Assembly (NCBI GenBank): GCA_963704645.1
Contig: OY969926.1
Span: forward strand, 704,001-768,000
Source of the DNA: an uncultured bacterium
Lineage (GTDB): Bacteria; Patescibacteriota; JACMRA01
DNA length: 64,000 nucleotides
Direction: 5' to 3'
Position numbers and translations under genes: made by a program. Shown here piece after piece: positions 39,514-49,105 of the stretch. How positions within the stretch are numbered: position 1 is the first letter of the stretch; each line of letters starts with the position of its first letter. The notes beneath the pieces were generated by a model. It saw only the letters and a program-made list of their open reading frames with translations. It was not told the DNA's origin and did not search any database.

Positions 39514-40038
39514 ATGACTTTGGATCGGTGCTATGTTTTATCTGCTGGAAGACAGGTTGAGTTGGAGCCTTTTTTTCAACAAATTGCTGGTGTTTGGGAT
39601 TGTGTTTCTACCCAGTATTTAAAAAGACCAAATTCCAACTTAGAAATTCAACTAGACTTCTGTAAAATCTTGCTCCATCAAGAAAATTATTACGGTATTC
39701 AGGTGTTTTTGTACTATGCCGATGGTAGAATTGATCGATCTAGTATTGATTTGCTTAATGGCAAATTTTACGATGATTGCTCTTTACCTGACAGATATGA
39801 TGACAATGGTTATAGGCACTTTGATTGTAGGATTGGTGATATTGATTGGTTTGAGTATTTTGGTAATATATTTCGCTTTTCAGTAACGCAGTCAGACTTG
39901 TCACAAAACACCAAAAGGACATGTGAGTTTTGTATTCAGCTGATGAATAATCAGTTAACTATAAGTTGCAATTACATTGTTGAATGTACTGAAACAAAAT
40001 TATTCACTTTTTTCTTAAAACCAAAAGAAAATTTTTAA
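39514..40038 (+). CDS. Orphan protein
   Basis: 174-aa ORF, monocistronic, hairpin at ~40045-40060. Confidence 0.55.
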   Translation: MTLDRCYVLSAGRQVELEPFFQQIAGVWDCVSTQYLKRPNSNLEIQLDFCKILLHQENYYGIQVFLYYADGRIDRSSIDLLNGKFYDDCSLPDRYDDNGYRHFDCRIGDIDWFEYFGNIFRFSVTQSDLSQNTKRTCEFCIQLMNNQLTISCNYIVECTETKLFTFFLKPKENF

Positions 40039-40080
40039 ACATATTCCCCGCCTTCGGGGATTTATTTTTTAGTAAAATTC

Positions 40081-40416
40081 CTACATCCAGCTACCAATTC
40101 CACCTTGTAAGTTATAAATATTTTTAAAGCCCAACTGGTCTAAAATTTGGCAAGCTGCGCTGCTTCTCCCTCCAGATCTACAATATACTAAGATTGTTTT
40201 ATCTAAGTTTAATTCTTTAATTCTAGCTTCAAAATATTGGTCTTGAACATTAATATTAATAGCATTTTGGTCTATTTTGCTATCTGCAAATTCTGCTGGA
40301 GTGCGTACATCTAAAATTACCAATTGGCTATCATTTTTATGTTTTAAAATAAGATCTTTAGCTTCTTTTGAAGTTATAGTTTTATAGTTTTTTTGTTGGT
40401 TTAGAAAGTTTAACAT
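40081..40416 (-). CDS. Rhodanese-like domain protein
   Basis: LDVRTPAEF, YCRSGGRS, YNLQGG. Confidence 0.92.
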   Translation of the reverse strand: MLNFLNQQKNYKTITSKEAKDLILKHKNDSQLVILDVRTPAEFADSKIDQNAININVQDQYFEARIKELNLDKTILVYCRSGGRSSAACQILDQLGFKNIYNLQGGIGSWM

Positions 40417-40453
40417 ATAGTTTATTTTATTTATTGAAATTGATGAATGACTT

Positions 40454-41068
40454 TTATTTGTTAAATTGTAGCTTAGAAAGACCTAAAACCTCGCCTGCTT
40501 TATCTGGACATTCGTTTTGAATACAATAATTTACTCTTTCTTTAATTTTGCCACCAGTGCTTTCTTCATCGTCAAAACCTTCTATAACCTCATCGCCAAT
40601 TACAATGTAAGGAACACCTTTGGCCTCTACGCCTAAAGCATCGGCAACCTTTTTTTGCTTGGCCTGGTTTTGGGTATCGTACCAAACTTCATAGTCGTAA
40701 ACCTCTAATTCTTTAAGTTCCCTGTCTAAATTTTTTAAGAATGGTGCAGCCTTTGCACAGTGAGGACAGCCATTTCCCCAAAATTCGTACAACCTAACTT
40801 TGGCTGCTGGGTCTACTACTCGATCTTCAATTTTAACTTTAGGTTTTAAAGAATTATAAACAAAGAAGCTGGCAAAAACTACTACAACTAGAATGATTAT
40901 CCATTCAAACAGACGTAGACTTTTCACAAATTTTACTAGTCCGTTTTCTTCCTTTTTACTATCTTTATAAATTAAGTTTTCATCGGCAGTTGTGTTTGTT
41001 TCTTCAGAAGAATCTAGCTGTTTTTTTTCTTTACTATCTTCTTGAATAATTTTATTATTTTTGGTCAT
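40454..41068 (-). CDS. Membrane-anchored thioredoxin/glutaredoxin-like protein
   Basis: One TM, GCPHC, GVP. Confidence 0.85.
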   Translation of the reverse strand: MTKNNKIIQEDSKEKKQLDSSEETNTTADENLIYKDSKKEENGLVKFVKSLRLFEWIIILVVVVFASFFVYNSLKPKVKIEDRVVDPAAKVRLYEFWGNGCPHCAKAAPFLKNLDRELKELEVYDYEVWYDTQNQAKQKKVADALGVEAKGVPYIVIGDEVIEGFDDEESTGGKIKERVNYCIQNECPDKAGEVLGLSKLQFNK

Positions 41069-41112
41069 ATTAATGTGATATTGGGTTGATATGTTGTTGA
41101 ATTTGTTGGGTT

Positions 41113-41490
41113 TTATTTCTTAAATATACTTGCTAAATTAGAAATAAAATTCTGTTTGGGTTGGTTAAATTTAAAGCTTGGGCTAGACCTATTATTTACT
41201 TCTAAATGTTTATCAATAATTTCAATTAACTCAGCTCTATTTTTTTCACCTTTAATTCTATTATATTCTTGCCCAGATTCATCTAAAAATATCATTATAG
41301 GTAGCACTGTTTGATTGTTTACTTTGTATTTCTCCATAAAGTTTATATTGTCCTTCCCTTGGCTATCTACGTCAATTTCCATAAAACTAATTTCAGTATC
41401 AAAATTTTTGTAATCTTTTACCAAAGAGTAAAAAGCTTTGTTGGTTAGCAAGCAACTGCTGCACCACCTTGCTGTAAATTTTATAATCAT
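41113..41490 (-). CDS. Thioredoxin family protein
   Basis: FTARWCSSC, LP.MIFLD..G.E..RI.G. Confidence 0.82.
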   Translation of the reverse strand: MIIKFTARWCSSCLLTNKAFYSLVKDYKNFDTEISFMEIDVDSQGKDNINFMEKYKVNNQTVLPIMIFLDESGQEYNRIKGEKNRAELIEIIDKHLEVNNRSSPSFKFNQPKQNFISNLASIFKK

Positions 41491-41515
41491 ATGTTTTTAA
41501 ATTGTTTTTAATATT

Positions 41516-42385
41516 TTATTCGCAACAACAGTCTACATTTTCTTTAAAAGTTTCGCCTAATTCACCAAATTTATAATCTGAATTGAATTTTGTAGCATTT
41601 TTAGAATTTGTTGTGGTTTTGGAATTTATAATGTTCATATTTAAACCCCAAAAGAGTAGGTACATTTTGTAAGCGTCTTCAAATAAATCAAAGGCTTTCT
41701 CATTTTTCCCTTGGCCAAGTTGTTTAGTTCCAACTTCCATTAGCCTCATTGAACTTGCTAATAAATGCTTGGAAATACACCAAACTTCACCCTCATATTC
41801 TGTAATAATCATTTTTAAAGCCCTTTTTCTTACCTCTCTTACTTCCTTCATTATTTCATAGTAACTATTGTTTTGGGTTTTATTGGCAGTGAAAAAAAGA
41901 TGTTCTTCAATACTAATTAAATTCATTATAGCAATGCTTAAGTCTTCGTCTGAAGATAAATCCAGGGGGTTGTCTTTTTTAATCTGGTTTGCCTTTTCTA
42001 CAAAATCAGCAATATCTTGTCTTTCATTAAGTTTTAATTTCTTTTCCAAATCAGGTAAATTAAAATTAATACTTGGGCTGTTAACTCCACTTGCTAGTAA
42101 CATTTTATCAATATTTTGAATTAATTCTTGCAAAGCTATTTTTCCTAAAAGTCTAGATATTTCGTTACCCTGAGAATCTAGAAAAATTAAACAAGGTAAT
42201 AAAGTTTGTTTTTGTATAATGCCAAATTTGGCCAATAGATTGGTATTTTTCTCCTCCGAAGTATTTATACTTTCAATTTTAATAGTAGTTTGATTCTGAA
42301 GATAAAGGTTTTCAACTGCGTCTACCAATGGCAGCATTTTTAAACATGAATCACAGTTGGTGGAGTAGAATTTAAGAATAGACAT
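41516..42385 (-). CDS. Thioredoxin domain fused to helical domain ending DCCCE
   Basis: FYSTNCDSC; DLSSDEDLSIAIMNLISIEEH, WCISKHLL. Confidence 0.7.
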   Translation of the reverse strand: MSILKFYSTNCDSCLKMLPLVDAVENLYLQNQTTIKIESINTSEEKNTNLLAKFGIIQKQTLLPCLIFLDSQGNEISRLLGKIALQELIQNIDKMLLASGVNSPSINFNLPDLEKKLKLNERQDIADFVEKANQIKKDNPLDLSSDEDLSIAIMNLISIEEHLFFTANKTQNNSYYEIMKEVREVRKRALKMIITEYEGEVWCISKHLLASSMRLMEVGTKQLGQGKNEKAFDLFEDAYKMYLLFWGLNMNIINSKTTTNSKNATKFNSDYKFGELGETFKENVDCCCE

Positions 42386-42448
42386 AGGTTATTTTAATTT
42401 AAGTTGTTTGATCATGTATGTTGATTTTTGGTTTTGGAATATATGCAG

Positions 42449-43318
42449 TTATAAAATATTGAAACCCTGCAAAACTTCTAGTCCAATCCAAAATGACAAT
42501 ACCAGCATAATTATACCGCTAATAAGTTTCACCCAGCTATTATATTTGTTTGTAATTCCAGTGGATTGCAGGGTTAGCATGGTAATTGCAAATATTGCTA
42601 AATCATCCAACATAAAAATTGTTACATAAAATATAAGATACCCAATTTTGGAAATCTCATTTAGGTTGCTGCCTGCCAAAATATTAGTGTAAGTTGCAGG
42701 CAAGGCGGCCGAACATAGCAGCTCGAATAAGTTTACCGAGAAGGCCAGTGCCGCAATACCAATTGTTGCAAAAAATAAGCTTTTTTGACCTAAAGCCTGC
42801 TTTACTTTGCTAAACATTTTTTTACTTTGCTCTTGCTCACTTACCTTGCAACCAGCATCTTGTTTTCTTTCCTCCCACCATTTGTTTAAAGTCCATGCCC
42901 CAACTATGAAAGCAGCTATAGCAATTAAAGCCCTTGTAGCTGGAATTAAACCTACAAATTCGTTAATTTTTAGCCAAGAAGTTAGGAATAAAAAATAGCT
43001 TAATGCAGAAGTAAATAAAAAAACTGATCCTAAATACCATTTTTTCCAGCTATCTTTAACATCAAGCAAAATTGAAATCAGAAAAAGTAGAATTGACATT
43101 GCGCATGGGTTAAAACCGTCTACTAAAGCTATTATTAAAGTAATTAAGGGTAGGGAGGCGCCCTGCATGTCAAAATTAGCTATATGTAAATTATATACAT
43201 CAATAGAGACTTTTTCAGCTGCAAAGATGTTAATAGGTGTTAAAAATAATACTGTTAACAATAAATAAGCCAAAGGAAGAATTATATTTAAATTGGTGTA
43301 AGGAAATAGTTTGGTCAT
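42449..43318 (-). CDS. DsbD/CcdA-like transmembrane electron transporter
   Basis: DGFNPCA and ELLCSAALP TM cysteine motifs; multiple TMs. Confidence 0.8.
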   Translation of the reverse strand: MTKLFPYTNLNIILPLAYLLLTVLFLTPINIFAAEKVSIDVYNLHIANFDMQGASLPLITLIIALVDGFNPCAMSILLFLISILLDVKDSWKKWYLGSVFLFTSALSYFLFLTSWLKINEFVGLIPATRALIAIAAFIVGAWTLNKWWEERKQDAGCKVSEQEQSKKMFSKVKQALGQKSLFFATIGIAALAFSVNLFELLCSAALPATYTNILAGSNLNEISKIGYLIFYVTIFMLDDLAIFAITMLTLQSTGITNKYNSWVKLISGIIMLVLSFWIGLEVLQGFNIL

Positions 43319-43384
43319 ATCTTGTTAATAATGATTGAGATTAAATTTGAAAAAAGTGGGTGAGGGTTTGATTCTTAATTAATT

Positions 43385-43750
43385 TTAGCAACCATCTAAA
43401 CCTTCTAATGCACATTTTTCGCATAAAAATAGATTTAAAATATGCCTGTAATCACAAATTTTTGATTCATTTAAACTATAAAAAATACTTAAGCCCTGTT
43501 TTCTAGATTGTAATAATCTAAAATTCTTTAAGGGTCTTAAATGAAAAGAAACTAGATTTAATGGTAAATTTAATTTCTCTTGAAGCTGGCCAACACTTAA
43601 TTCTCCTTTTTGTAATTCCGATAGAATCATGAGACGGTTTGGCTCGGCTATAATTTTTAAAAATTTGGTAAGATCGTTTAAAGTATCAAGATTTTTAATA
43701 TCTATGGCTGTTGGCTGCGTTTTCGGTAAAGTTTTAGTTTTTAAGTTCAT
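43385..43750 (-). CDS. ArsR/SmtB transcriptional repressor
   Basis: LKIIAEPNRLMIL, VSFHLRPL, RKQG..IFYSL; C-terminal CEKC...GC. Confidence 0.9.
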   Translation of the reverse strand: MNLKTKTLPKTQPTAIDIKNLDTLNDLTKFLKIIAEPNRLMILSELQKGELSVGQLQEKLNLPLNLVSFHLRPLKNFRLLQSRKQGLSIFYSLNESKICDYRHILNLFLCEKCALEGLDGC

Positions 43751-43787
43751 ATTTAAGAAGGGTTAATAGCTTATTAAAATAGTATAA

Positions 43788-43831
43788 ACTATTATAGCCT
43801 GCATTATAATAGTCTTAATTGAATATGTCAA
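43788..43831 (-). promoter_or_regulatory. Consensus sigma-70 promoter overlapped by inverted repeat (candidate ArsR operator)
   Basis: TTGACA (43831-43826), 17 nt, TATAAT (43808-43803); ACTATTATA-N8-TATAATAGT at 43788-43813. Confidence 0.75.
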
Positions 43832-44093
43832 AAATAATTATGAAAACAACTTAAAATAGATGAAAATATAAATAACTAATGTTAAACAAGCTCAACATTG
43901 AGAGGCTTACAAGCTTAATCTGGTTGAGCATAGTTCGCAATAGCATAACTCAGAATTTAAAGATACCCATATTTTTAAACCAATGTGAGCATTCTCAAAT
44001 GGAGCAATTATAATTTTCACACGTTGAATTTACCACTTTAGCTTGACATAAAATAGCTAAAATTGGCATATTTAATTTACCTGAGATCATACT

Positions 44094-44270
44094 ATGCCTG
44101 CATCATGTGCCATTACTGGAGTTACCTATAAAAAAGTTCATAAAAGAAGTAAATCAATGCAATCTACAATTACTAGAGTGCGTGCTAATTTACAAAGAAT
44201 TAAAATTGGAAACAAGAGAATTAAAATTTCCACCAGAGCTTTAAGAACCCTGAAAAAGAAAGTTGGGTAG
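44094..44270 (+). CDS. rpmB: 50S ribosomal protein L28
   Basis: Below track cutoff: MPASCAITG...RSKSMQST.....NLQ.......KISTRALRTL (58 aa). Confidence 0.88.
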   Translation: MPASCAITGVTYKKVHKRSKSMQSTITRVRANLQRIKIGNKRIKISTRALRTLKKKVG

Positions 44271-44281
44271 TAATACCAACA

Positions 44282-44680
44282 ATGAATTCTAAAATTTTAG
44301 AAAGAGCCGGCCTTACATTTTTGGCCGTTGTTCTTTTTTGCTTCGGTTTTTACCTTGGCATTAAATACGAACCCGTAGATTCAAATTCTACAAAAAATCA
44401 AGGCAAATCCATTTCGTCCAACTTAGATAATCAACCTAGTTCTTCAGCGCCTTCCGCAAATAATAAAATTGTTGGAAAAGAAGTATCTGAGGTTAGTTGG
44501 GTTAAAACAGGGGCTGAACCAGTTTGCCCAGAAAGCCACCCAATTAAAGGGCGTTTAACCGACGGCCAAAAATTATACTATCTTCCCGAAAACAAAACAG
44601 CCAGCAGAGTAAAGCCAGACATTTGTTTTTTAAATGAAGAATATGCTAAAAATACTGCAGGATTTATTAGAAAGTATTAA
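44282..44680 (+). CDS. Membrane-anchored small protein with IKG...YYLP...CF...A..AGF domain
   Basis: N-terminal TM, Ser/Asn linker, CPESHPIKG and PDICF..EEYA...GF. Confidence 0.6.
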   Translation: MNSKILERAGLTFLAVVLFCFGFYLGIKYEPVDSNSTKNQGKSISSNLDNQPSSSAPSANNKIVGKEVSEVSWVKTGAEPVCPESHPIKGRLTDGQKLYYLPENKTASRVKPDICFLNEEYAKNTAGFIRKY

Positions 44681-44681
44681 A

Positions 44682-45329
44682 TTACTTCTTTTCAGGAATT
44701 TTGTCCTTTAAACCGTTTAAACCTTCCCCATATGTTGAAAGCATTTCTTTAAAGAAGTTTGCATCTAAATCGTTGTTTAGACTGGTGTAATATTGAATTT
44801 TATTATTATATTCAGCCCAAAATTCTGTTTTGCTAATAGTTGGCCAGAAAAAAAATATTTTTAGCCAGAATGTTTCACGGTTTAGTTTCTTTTCTAAGTC
44901 TCTAATTTCTTGCTTAACTGAGGCTTGCAGATTATCTTTTTCCAAATTGAAACTTTGAACTAAACTTTGCACTCTGTCTTTTAAATTTGATAATACAATT
45001 TGTTGATCAACTGCAGATTTCTGGTATAGTTCAAGTTGATTATTAAGTTTCTCGGTGTCTTTGTAATACTTCGCAATTAACTCATCTTTTTCCAACTCGG
45101 CTAGTTCCTGGTTTACTACAGTAATTTTGTCATTTTTCGGAACAGCTTTTTCCAACTCATTCTTCAACAATACAAAGGCTTTCCTTAGGTTTACAAATTC
45201 AGTGTTGCTTCCACCCTGATCTGGGTGTTTCTCTTTGGCTAGACGTCTATAAATAGTTTTAAGCTCAGCCATTGTAACTTCGGTTGTGGTTGATAAACCA
45301 AAATAGTTTAAGGCGTCCTGAAGATCCAT
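44682..45329 (-). CDS. J-domain (DnaJ-like) protein
   Basis: YRRLAKEKHPDQGG; coiled-coil C-terminus. Confidence 0.85.
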   Translation of the reverse strand: MDLQDALNYFGLSTTTEVTMAELKTIYRRLAKEKHPDQGGSNTEFVNLRKAFVLLKNELEKAVPKNDKITVVNQELAELEKDELIAKYYKDTEKLNNQLELYQKSAVDQQIVLSNLKDRVQSLVQSFNLEKDNLQASVKQEIRDLEKKLNRETFWLKIFFFWPTISKTEFWAEYNNKIQYYTSLNNDLDANFFKEMLSTYGEGLNGLKDKIPEKK

Positions 45330-45573
45330 ATTTGCAGTTTAGGTTAGCTGGTTGTTTTGTCAAGCTTAGAGTTGGGTCAATAACCATTTTTAATTGTTTG
45401 CTATACTAAGATAAATTCCATATTAACTAAAGATTAAGTACAGATCTATTTTTAGCACTCTCAAATTAAGTCCATCAGTTAATTCTAAGTATGAACTATT
45501 AGAGTTTGGAATTAAATCTATGATGTGTTGACAAAAAGAGGGCTCTGTAACTTTATGGGTTTACCTTAATTAT

Positions 45574-46140
45574 ATGTCTGAAGAAATCAAAAAAACTACT
45601 ATAGAAGCAGAAATTGTAGAAAAACCGAAAAGTGAACACTCAAAAAAACATCATGAAAATCACTCTGAAAGCGAAAAACATTCTGAAGAAGCTTCTAAAA
45701 CAGAAGAATCTAAAAAAAGTGAAGATTTTAGTTTTTCAAAATTTACAGCTATCTTAGATAAGTTCTTTAATAAAGATGTACCTTCTTTGCCTTCTGATGT
45801 AAAAGAAATTCTAGTTAAAATTCTTCCATATCTTTCTATTGCTGGTTTAGTATTTTACGCTATTGGTATACTATTTATTTTAATTTCTTTACCAATTTTG
45901 TTGATAACATTGCAATATGGGGTAATTCTTGGCTCAATTATAAGCATTGGAACTTGCGTTCTTTCTGCTATGGCAATTCCTTACTTGTTAAAAAGAGAAA
46001 AGAAAGGCTGGACTTACACTTATTACGGTTTTCTAATTGGCTTGGTAGGTAACTTATTTTCAGCTGGTATTATTGGTTTCGCAATTGGGGGTTTTATTGG
46101 TGGATACTTTTTGTTCCAGCTAAAATCTTATTACAAATAA
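45574..46140 (+). CDS. Hypothetical membrane protein
   Basis: Charged N-terminus then 3-4 TMs; PSLP..VKE.LVK..P, FQLKSYYK. Confidence 0.7.
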   Translation: MSEEIKKTTIEAEIVEKPKSEHSKKHHENHSESEKHSEEASKTEESKKSEDFSFSKFTAILDKFFNKDVPSLPSDVKEILVKILPYLSIAGLVFYAIGILFILISLPILLITLQYGVILGSIISIGTCVLSAMAIPYLLKREKKGWTYTYYGFLIGLVGNLFSAGIIGFAIGGFIGGYFLFQLKSYYK

Positions 46141-46572
46141 ATGCTTGAGCAACAACTGTACGCCGTTAGTTATGTGCTGTTAGATACTTTTCATTCGCTA
46201 ATCTTTATACTATTCGGAATTTGTGCGGCTAGATTTTTTCTAGTAAAAGATGCTCCATATAGTTCAATGTATGTTGGAATTGTTGCCTTTATACAAGCAG
46301 TTTACAACGGCTGTCCGCTTACAGATGTAGTAAATTTATTTGCTGTAAAATCTGGCAATACAGCAATTGGTAACGAATTTTTGTTTGTATTTTTTGATTG
46401 GTATTGGTTTTCACGAATTTTAATTTTGTGTGTTTCTTTGCTTTTACTATATCATAGTTATGTAACTTGGAATAACCCTAGAACTATTGTTGATTTTAGT
46501 AGAGTGCTTAGGTTTTCAAACTTGACATCTTTCCTTACAAGAATGAAGACTTTACATATGTGGCGGGTATAG
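46141..46572 (+). CDS. Hypothetical membrane protein (GCPLT motif)
   Basis: Three TMs; stop codon lies inside tRNA-Gly. Confidence 0.6.
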   Translation: MLEQQLYAVSYVLLDTFHSLIFILFGICAARFFLVKDAPYSSMYVGIVAFIQAVYNGCPLTDVVNLFAVKSGNTAIGNEFLFVFFDWYWFSRILILCVSLLLLYHSYVTWNNPRTIVDFSRVLRFSNLTSFLTRMKTLHMWRV

Positions 46573-46636
46573 TTTAGTGGTAGAACTTAACCTTCCCAAG
46601 GTTGTGGTGTGGGTTCAATTCCCGCTACCCGCTCCA
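46563..46636 (+). tRNA. tRNA-Gly(CCC)
   Basis: GCGGGTA/TACCCGC stem, TTCCCAA loop, TCCA end. Confidence 0.93.
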
Positions 46637-46650
46637 GTATTTAAATGCAG

Positions 46651-46734
46651 GCGGTCGTGGTGGAACGGTATACACGCTACCTTGAGGTGGTAGTGCTGAA
46701 AAGCTTGGAGGTTCAAATCCTCTCGACCGCACCA
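46651..46734 (+). tRNA. tRNA-Leu(GAG)
   Basis: GCGGTCG/CGACCGC stem, TTGAGGT loop, long variable arm, ACCA. Confidence 0.93.
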
Positions 46735-46788
46735 TACAAAACACATTACAATTTGCTTATTTATAAATTCAAGAATTGTTAAACACAA

Positions 46789-46875
46789 GCCATTGTGGCG
46801 GAATTGGTAGACGCACTGGACTCAAAATCCAGCGAGAGCAATCTCATGAGGGTTCGATTCCCTCCGATGGCACCA
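46789..46875 (+). tRNA. tRNA-Leu(CAA)
   Basis: GCCATTG/CGATGGC stem, CTCAAAA loop, long variable arm, ACCA. Confidence 0.93.
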
Positions 46876-46923
46876 TAAACAAAAATAAAATAACCTAAAA
46901 TTATAAACGTCTAATTTTAAAAT

Positions 46924-47541
46924 ATGTTCACACTTCCTACATTAAAATTCAATCCAGAAAACTTATTACCAGCTATTTCTGCTGAAACTATTGGTTTTCA
47001 TCACGGGAAACACCATTTAACTTACGTTAACAATTTAAATAAATTGGTTGATGAAAATTCAGAACTGCAAAATTTATCTCTTGAACAATTAATTACAAAC
47101 TATAAAACATTTTCTTCTACAATTCAAACTGCAGTGTTAAATAATGCTGGGCAGGTTTTTAACCACAATTTATATTGGGAAAGTATTACAGATAAAGAAG
47201 AAGACAGACTAATCTCCACTAACTTTTTAGAAGTGATTAATAGCACTTTCGGCTCTATAGAAGAATTTAAAAAGCAGTTTGAACAACTAGGTTTAACTCA
47301 ATTTGGTAGTGGTTGGGCTTGGCTTTCTGTAGATAATCAAAGTAAGAAACTTGTTTTATCCAAAACTCCTAACGCCGAAAGTTCTTTGTTATTAGATCAA
47401 ACTCCTATTTTGACAATTGACGTTTGGGAACATGCCTACTATTTAGGTTATCAAAACCGCCGTGCTGATTATCTAAAAGATATGTGGAATATTGTTAATT
47501 GGTCTGAAGTTGAAAGAAAGTATCTAGCTGCATTAAGTTAG
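46924..47541 (+). CDS. sod: Fe/Mn superoxide dismutase
   Basis: HHGKHH..YV, NHNLYW, FGSGWAWL, DVWEHAYY. Confidence 0.96.
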   Translation: MFTLPTLKFNPENLLPAISAETIGFHHGKHHLTYVNNLNKLVDENSELQNLSLEQLITNYKTFSSTIQTAVLNNAGQVFNHNLYWESITDKEEDRLISTNFLEVINSTFGSIEEFKKQFEQLGLTQFGSGWAWLSVDNQSKKLVLSKTPNAESSLLLDQTPILTIDVWEHAYYLGYQNRRADYLKDMWNIVNWSEVERKYLAALS

Positions 47542-47600
47542 TTTTGGTACTTACGCTGAGAGTTGCTTCTAAACATAACAAGTAGTGAGTAGTATCTCCA

Positions 47601-47633
47601 CACTTAGACCCTGAAACAAGTTTAGGGTGACAG
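47601..47633 (-). repeat. TGTC-family palindromic element, copy 4
   Basis: CACTTAGACCCTGAAACAAGTTTAGGGTGACAG, one mismatch to copy 2. Confidence 0.8.
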
Positions 47634-47747
47634 CTACACAATGGCTCAGACTTTTAACGGACGATAGCTCCAAGGTACTCAACAAATTCTTGTTCAATGT
47701 AAAACCCCCTTTCGGGGGAATGTTGTTTTCTAATTAAATGCTATAAA

Positions 47748-49004
47748 CTATTTCTTTTTTTCTTTCTTATCGTCTGCAACTGTTTCAGATTTCCTCATTT
47801 CCTTGGCTGTTTTTTGCTGTTTCCAAACTAAGTATCCAACAGCACCTAGTAAACCTAGAATAATTACACCTCCTCCAATTCCAAGACCAATGAACAAAGC
47901 GTTGTTGTTATCTTTTGATTCTTCTTTCTTTGGCTCTACAATGGCTTCCTTAATAGTGTTTTCTTGGCCACTATTTGTTGGAGTGTTAGTATTTTGTACT
48001 GGGGTTGTAGATTTAGGACGATTAGCTTTTGTGGTTTCAAAATCACTCTTAATTTTGGCTAAATCAGCTTCTGTTAAGTTAAATTCTGTTGTATATGTTT
48101 TTGTTGAAGATACATCTTTCACATTTTCCTTGTTAAAGGTAATTATTGGGGGGTTAGTAAAATTAAATGTAGCCTTGTATTTTCCAACTGTCCACTTAGC
48201 TTTAGTTGCAAAAGCTGGAATAGAAATTGGATTATCTTGAGATGCGAAATCTCTGTCAAAATCTGATGTAACTTTACCTGATGGTGTTTCAATTTCAATG
48301 GTCCCTTTAATTTTTTGGAATACATTACCTGTGTTTTTAATTGTCATTCCTAAAAATACATTGTCATAAGGTTGCATAAAGTTAGACTTTACAAAGTCTT
48401 GATATCCAGATGAATTTGGTTGATTAAATTCAAATTTAGGTAGTTCAGCGCCTGTTTTTAAGTCTCCTGGTACGGAAATATATATTCTAGCTCCAACTCT
48501 GTTAATAACATTGAAACCTGAAGTTCCTGTAGTTGGTTTAATTTCTTGCACTGCTAATACACCAGCATATTCGCCTGAAGAAGTATTTTCTGGAACTTTA
48601 ATTGTAAACTTAACTTCAATAGCTTTCTGAGCAGGAATTACTACTTTATCTGTGCTAAGGCTAATCCAGGTTCCAACGTCTTTTAATTCTTCCTTATCGC
48701 TGAAAGTAAATTGATCGGTGTTCTTAATTCTGTCTTCTGGAGAAAGCATGATGGTTTTTTCCTTATCACTTAAATTTGAAACAAGGGCAATTCTTTCTAC
48801 AGATTCACCAGCTTTTAAACTTTGAATAAACCATGCTCTAGTTAAAGATTGGGCTGGGTCGCTTTGGGCAGGTTGAATTGCAATTCCGTCAATTGCTCTA
48901 ACACCAGCTGGTGTTTCTTGAGCTAAAACTGAAAAAAAGTTGATGGGGGAGGGAGTTAATAAAACTAATAAAAATAGTAAGGATGTGATTTTTTTGAGGG
49001 ACAT
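47748..49004 (-). CDS. DUF916/DUF3324-like WxL-interacting protein with C-terminal TM anchor
   Basis: Signal peptide, WF...LKAG, V.N.S, F.I.VP.....GEYAG, RVGARIYISVPG, IKNTGNV, TM plus basic tail. Confidence 0.75.
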   Translation of the reverse strand: MSLKKITSLLFLLVLLTPSPINFFSVLAQETPAGVRAIDGIAIQPAQSDPAQSLTRAWFIQSLKAGESVERIALVSNLSDKEKTIMLSPEDRIKNTDQFTFSDKEELKDVGTWISLSTDKVVIPAQKAIEVKFTIKVPENTSSGEYAGVLAVQEIKPTTGTSGFNVINRVGARIYISVPGDLKTGAELPKFEFNQPNSSGYQDFVKSNFMQPYDNVFLGMTIKNTGNVFQKIKGTIEIETPSGKVTSDFDRDFASQDNPISIPAFATKAKWTVGKYKATFNFTNPPIITFNKENVKDVSSTKTYTTEFNLTEADLAKIKSDFETTKANRPKSTTPVQNTNTPTNSGQENTIKEAIVEPKKEESKDNNNALFIGLGIGGGVIILGLLGAVGYLVWKQQKTAKEMRKSETVADDKKEKKK

Positions 49005-49105
49005 AATTGTACGAATCTGAGTTAAGGCAGTTTATAAACTTTGTAAAGGTAAAAGTCTATAAGCTACCGGCAGCCTCTGCAGAACTGCCAGTAATTTTGT
49101 GGAAA

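Noticed and set aside
45452-45478. CIRCE element upstream of the J-domain gene
   Set aside because: Only the left arm TTAGCACTC is present; no GAGTGCTAA at 9-nt spacing
4333-47633. CRISPR array from the palindromic 31-bp repeats
   Set aside because: Copies are kilobases apart in both orientations, with no regular spacers or cas genes
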